From: Octopus sinensis | Taxonomy: Eukaryota | Length of the DNA stretch: 64,000 nt | Direction of reading: 5' to 3' | NCBI RefSeq assembly: GCF_006345805.1 | Contig: NC_042997.1 | Location: 145,142,001-145,206,000 of the forward strand | Shown: positions 60,704-64,000 of the stretch, piece by piece | Layout of the letters: every line of letters begins with the position of its first letter | Position numbering within the stretch: the first letter of the stretch is position 1 | Position numbers and translations under genes: made by a program | Notes under the pieces: model-generated | Database searches by the model: none | Told to the model about the DNA's origin: nothing | What the model saw: only the letters and a program-made list of their open reading frames with translations

Positions 60704-60852
60704 ATATATAGGTATACCTCAACATAAACCATTTCAAGTTATATATTTTTTGATAGAGAGCATAACCCTCAACTTCAGTCAATTTATCTGACTTTACATT
60801 GGACTCAGCAAATATATTTAAAAATTCCTTTCTTCCTGAGACTCAAATATAG

Positions 60853-61077
60853 ACTCATAGGGCTGGTTTCCCAGTTTCCATGGAATATATATTCCCCACC
60901 TGACGGGATGCTGGTCTGTCACATGATTGCCCATTTTTGCCTGCTGAGTGGACTGGAGCAACGTGAAATGAAGTGTTTTGCTCAAGAACACAACACATTG
61001 CCCGGTCCAAGAATCGAAACCACAATCTTACAATCATGAGTTGAATACCCTAAACACTAAACCACATGACTCCACCA
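60853..61077 (-). mobile_element. SINE family C
   Basis: Reverse complement of the 45543-type copy. Confidence 0.8.
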
Positions 61078-61180
61078 ACACATTTAAAAACATAACACCT
61101 AAAACTAATATTCAAGTGCAAAATCAAATAAAATATATTAAAATGTGTACAAACCATTTATTGAAACAGATATAAACTAA

Positions 61181-61972
61181 TCTATATATATAAAGATGAG
61201 AATGTGTGTGTGTTTGTCTGTATGTCGTTCTGTCTGTGTGAATCCCTAAAACTTGAGAACTACACAACCAATTTCATTCAAATTTTATACATGCCTTAAT
61301 TAGGGTCCATGTAGTGTCATAGGCCAAAAACATTTTAACTTTTTGCCTAGTGCGAGCCCACAGCAATATCATATCTTCTCCACTATTTCAGTATTACGTG
61401 TCAAAAGTGAAACAATAACATCTCTCTATTGTAATGTCAGATATTTTCACTTTAATACTGAAACTATTAAAGTAAAACTATTATCTCACATATATACAGG
61501 CATACATACATATATACATGCATACATACATATATAATATATATATTATGTGTGTATATATATATATATGTATACATCTGCCCAAATGTATATATATATA
61601 GATATATATATACATGTATATATGTATATACATATAAGAGGGATGACCTGTAAGTGGACATCCATTATGCTAGAAGAAGATCCGCTATGGTCTTACCACT
61701 AACAAAGGAATGGTAAGACCATAGCAGATCTTTTTAGAGCTCCATGACCTCCATTTTTCAGGAGCAAAATCCTTTTAACAGGTTCCATAAGACTGGAATT
61801 TTGGAATCTGCGCATAAAGTAGTATGGGATATATGTGTCATGATTAGAATTTTTGTAGGGTGTGTAGAGAGGGAAAGAACCCTCATCTGCAATTTTGAGG
61901 AAATTCAAAACATAGGTATTCCAGTTCATTATAGAAAAGTCTAAATCTTCAATTGCCGGGTATCTCTGCTAG
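61181..61972 (+). mobile_element. Non-autonomous Helitron (792 bp)
   Basis: A|TCTATATATATAAAG start with a GT/CT microsatellite near the 5' end, and GCCGGGTATCTCTGCTAG|T end (TC...CTAG inserted between A and T, no TSD). Confidence 0.72.
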
Positions 61973-61979
61973 TAAATAT

Positions 61980-62195
61980 ATATTCTTTTGTACTCTAGGC
62001 ACAAGGCCTGAAATTTTGGGGGAGGGACCAGTCAATTATTCGACCCCAGTATGCAATTGGTACTTAATTTATTGACCTTGAAAGGATGAAAGGCAAAGTC
62101 TACCTTGGTGGAATTTGAACTCAGAACGTAAAGACAGACGAAATACCGCTAAGCATTTCGCCCAGTGTACTACAGTTCCTGCCAGCTCCCTGCCA
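61980..62195 (-). mobile_element. SINE family B, tail type ii
   Basis: Similar to 793-1006. Confidence 0.85.
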
Positions 62196-62714
62196 TTCTA
62201 ATAAATATATATTGGCAATAGATGTGGTATTAACAAACATGCATGCACACTGCACCAAAAGCCTACGTGAGAGTTTTTCTCATGATAAATACCTCAGTAA
62301 AGTTTGTTTTAGCAGAACATCCATGTTTAAGTGGGAATAAATATTACCTCTCAAGCTAATATATATTTTTTTAGTGATTTTTCATATGTTGTTTTTTGAG
62401 TTGAGTCACATGTCTTGGAACTAATTATCGACATAATTTGAGGTTTAATTTAAAAAAATATAACCATCAAATCATCATCATTGTCATAATTTTTGCATTT
62501 GCTTGTCTATGGTGGCTTGGGTTGGACAGGTTGTCCCCAATAAATCTGAATGAAGCAGTTTTAATTGAGTCAGTACCTTCCTAGATGGATCAGAGACAAT
62601 GTCTCATTTATACACCAAATGAGTTTCTCTTTAAATTACAAGCTATGAACTGGTACAATGTTTAAAAACAAAGAACATCGTACCAGTTTGTGGAGTTGAT
62701 ATTGGCAACAAGCT

Positions 62715-62930
62715 AAGGTGTTGAGCTGGCAGAATTGTTAGCACACTGGAAAAAAATGCTTAGCAGTATTTCATCCATGCACACATTCTGAGTGCAAATT
62801 CCATTAAGGCTGACTTTGCCTTTCATCCTTTCAGAGTTGATAAATTAAATACCAGTGAAATACCGAGGTTGATGTAATTGACTAGTCCCTTCCCACAAAA
62901 TTTCAGGCCTTGCATCTTTAGTAGAAAGGA
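62715..62930 (+). mobile_element. SINE family B, diverged
   Basis: GAGCTGGCAGAATTGTTAGCAC...CAAAATTTCAGGCCTTG. Confidence 0.75.
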
Positions 62931-63039
62931 TATTGGCAACAGGGACTTTCAATAACCAAACTTCCATCCTTGTTCATCACACTATGCTTACCTTCAGCCT
63001 CATTTTTAATCATCTGCCATTTTCCTTTTATAATGATAA

Positions 63040-63345
63040 ACGTCGCCCTTTTCAACCTAGCCAGGCTCATGGGCCTGGTTTTCCAGTTTCTGTGGCATGT
63101 GTGTTCCCCCCAGCTGGACAGGACGCCAGTCAATCACAGCATTACTCAAGAAACAGGAAGAGAGAGTGAGAGAAAGCTATGGCAAAAGAGTACAACAGGG
63201 GTCGCCCCTACCCTCTGCCAGAGCCTCGTGGAGCTTTTAGGTGTTTTCGCTCAATAAACACACACAACACCCGGTCTGGGAATTGAAACCGCAATCCTCC
63301 AATCATGAGTCCGCTGCCCTAACCACTGGGCCATTGCACCTCCAT
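63040..63345 (-). mobile_element. SINE family C
   Basis: Reverse-complement head GAGGTGCAATGGCCCAGTGGTTAGGGCAGCGGACTC. Confidence 0.78.
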
Positions 63346-63624
63346 TCTCCTTTTATTCTATAAAAAAATTAGTTGCCTTTTCGTTCCCCTGCAATCCCTT
63401 ACAGTCATTGTCTTATACCTTGAGAGTACACCCTAGTACCCTGTCATCTCCAACATCTTTATCTTCCTTGCAGCTACTCTCCCCCACCCTCATTTAATGC
63501 AGGGTAGCCATGTATCACCTCCATAACAAGACATCTATGTTTGCCCTTCTGTCATACTTTACCTTCGACACCAGGCTTAAAGCCACCTTACCCTCAATTA
63601 AGGGATTTGTTTCCTTTGTCTTGC

Positions 63625-63850
63625 TAGTTACTTGGTGACCTTACTAGCGTCAGTGTCATGAGAAAAAGAACCCAGTGCAGAGTGTAAACTGGTTGGCATT
63701 AGGAAGGAAATCCAGTCATAGAAACCATATCAAAGCTGACAATGGATCTTGATGCAGTCCTACGACCCATTGGATCCTCTCAAAAGCACCATTCATATGA
63801 AAGCATGGAAAACAGATATTAAAAGCTGATAATGATAATGATAATAATGA
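63625..63850 (+). mobile_element. RTE 3'-end copy, diverged
   Basis: GGTTGGCATTAGGAAGG core and GATAAT tail. Confidence 0.65.
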
Positions 63851-64000
63851 TTGTGACATGAGGTGTGGCTATTATATCTAATTTGCATATTAAAACATTT
63901 TTAGACATTCACCAAAAAAATAAATAAAAAATAAAAATGTCCAAGTGTCAGAAGTTGCCTCTTTCTGGCTATCTTCTAATTATTCTTTTTTTCATTAGCT

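Larger units (their letters stand above)
59152..60728. repeat. ~34-bp tandem repeat (GGTATACCTCAACTTAAATGGAAATAATATATA) interrupted by three retroelements
   Basis: Units at 59152-59195, 59841-60070 (about 7), 60448-60475 and 60704-60728. Confidence 0.88.

Overview
This is eukaryotic, AT-rich DNA dense in microsatellites and SINEs. The repeat families and gene structure point to an octopod cephalopod, most likely Octopus (inference). Two intact six-exon housekeeping genes can be assembled by hand from GT-AG splice sites with consistent phases. DPCD (201 aa) is on the - strand, 26243->13517. EMG1/NEP1 (232 aa), the 18S rRNA pseudouridine methyltransferase, is on the + strand, 27368->35477. They are head-to-head with 1124 bp between the ATGs. 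Neither appears whole in the ORF track, and most listed ORFs are microsatellite or transposon artefacts. The rest is transposon-derived: three tRNA-headed SINE families, many RTE 3'-end copies, RTE and CR1/L2-type LINE fragments with RT, a HERO-type RLE fragment, Penelope-like remnants, an internally deleted mariner, piggyBac-type and Merlin-type MITEs, and a non-autonomous Helitron. No prokaryotic system, CRISPR array, rRNA or true tRNA gene is supported. The best leads are: two frame-preserving candidate alternative exons in DPCD, a 27-nt templated insertion in the shared promoter, two hammerhead-ribozyme-like motifs, pre-miRNA-like hairpins, long inverted repeats downstream of EMG1, and a modular double-hairpin RTE 3'UTR. 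All are hypotheses from reading by eye. Repeat boundaries are approximate (about +/-20 bp) unless a TSD or TIR is quoted.
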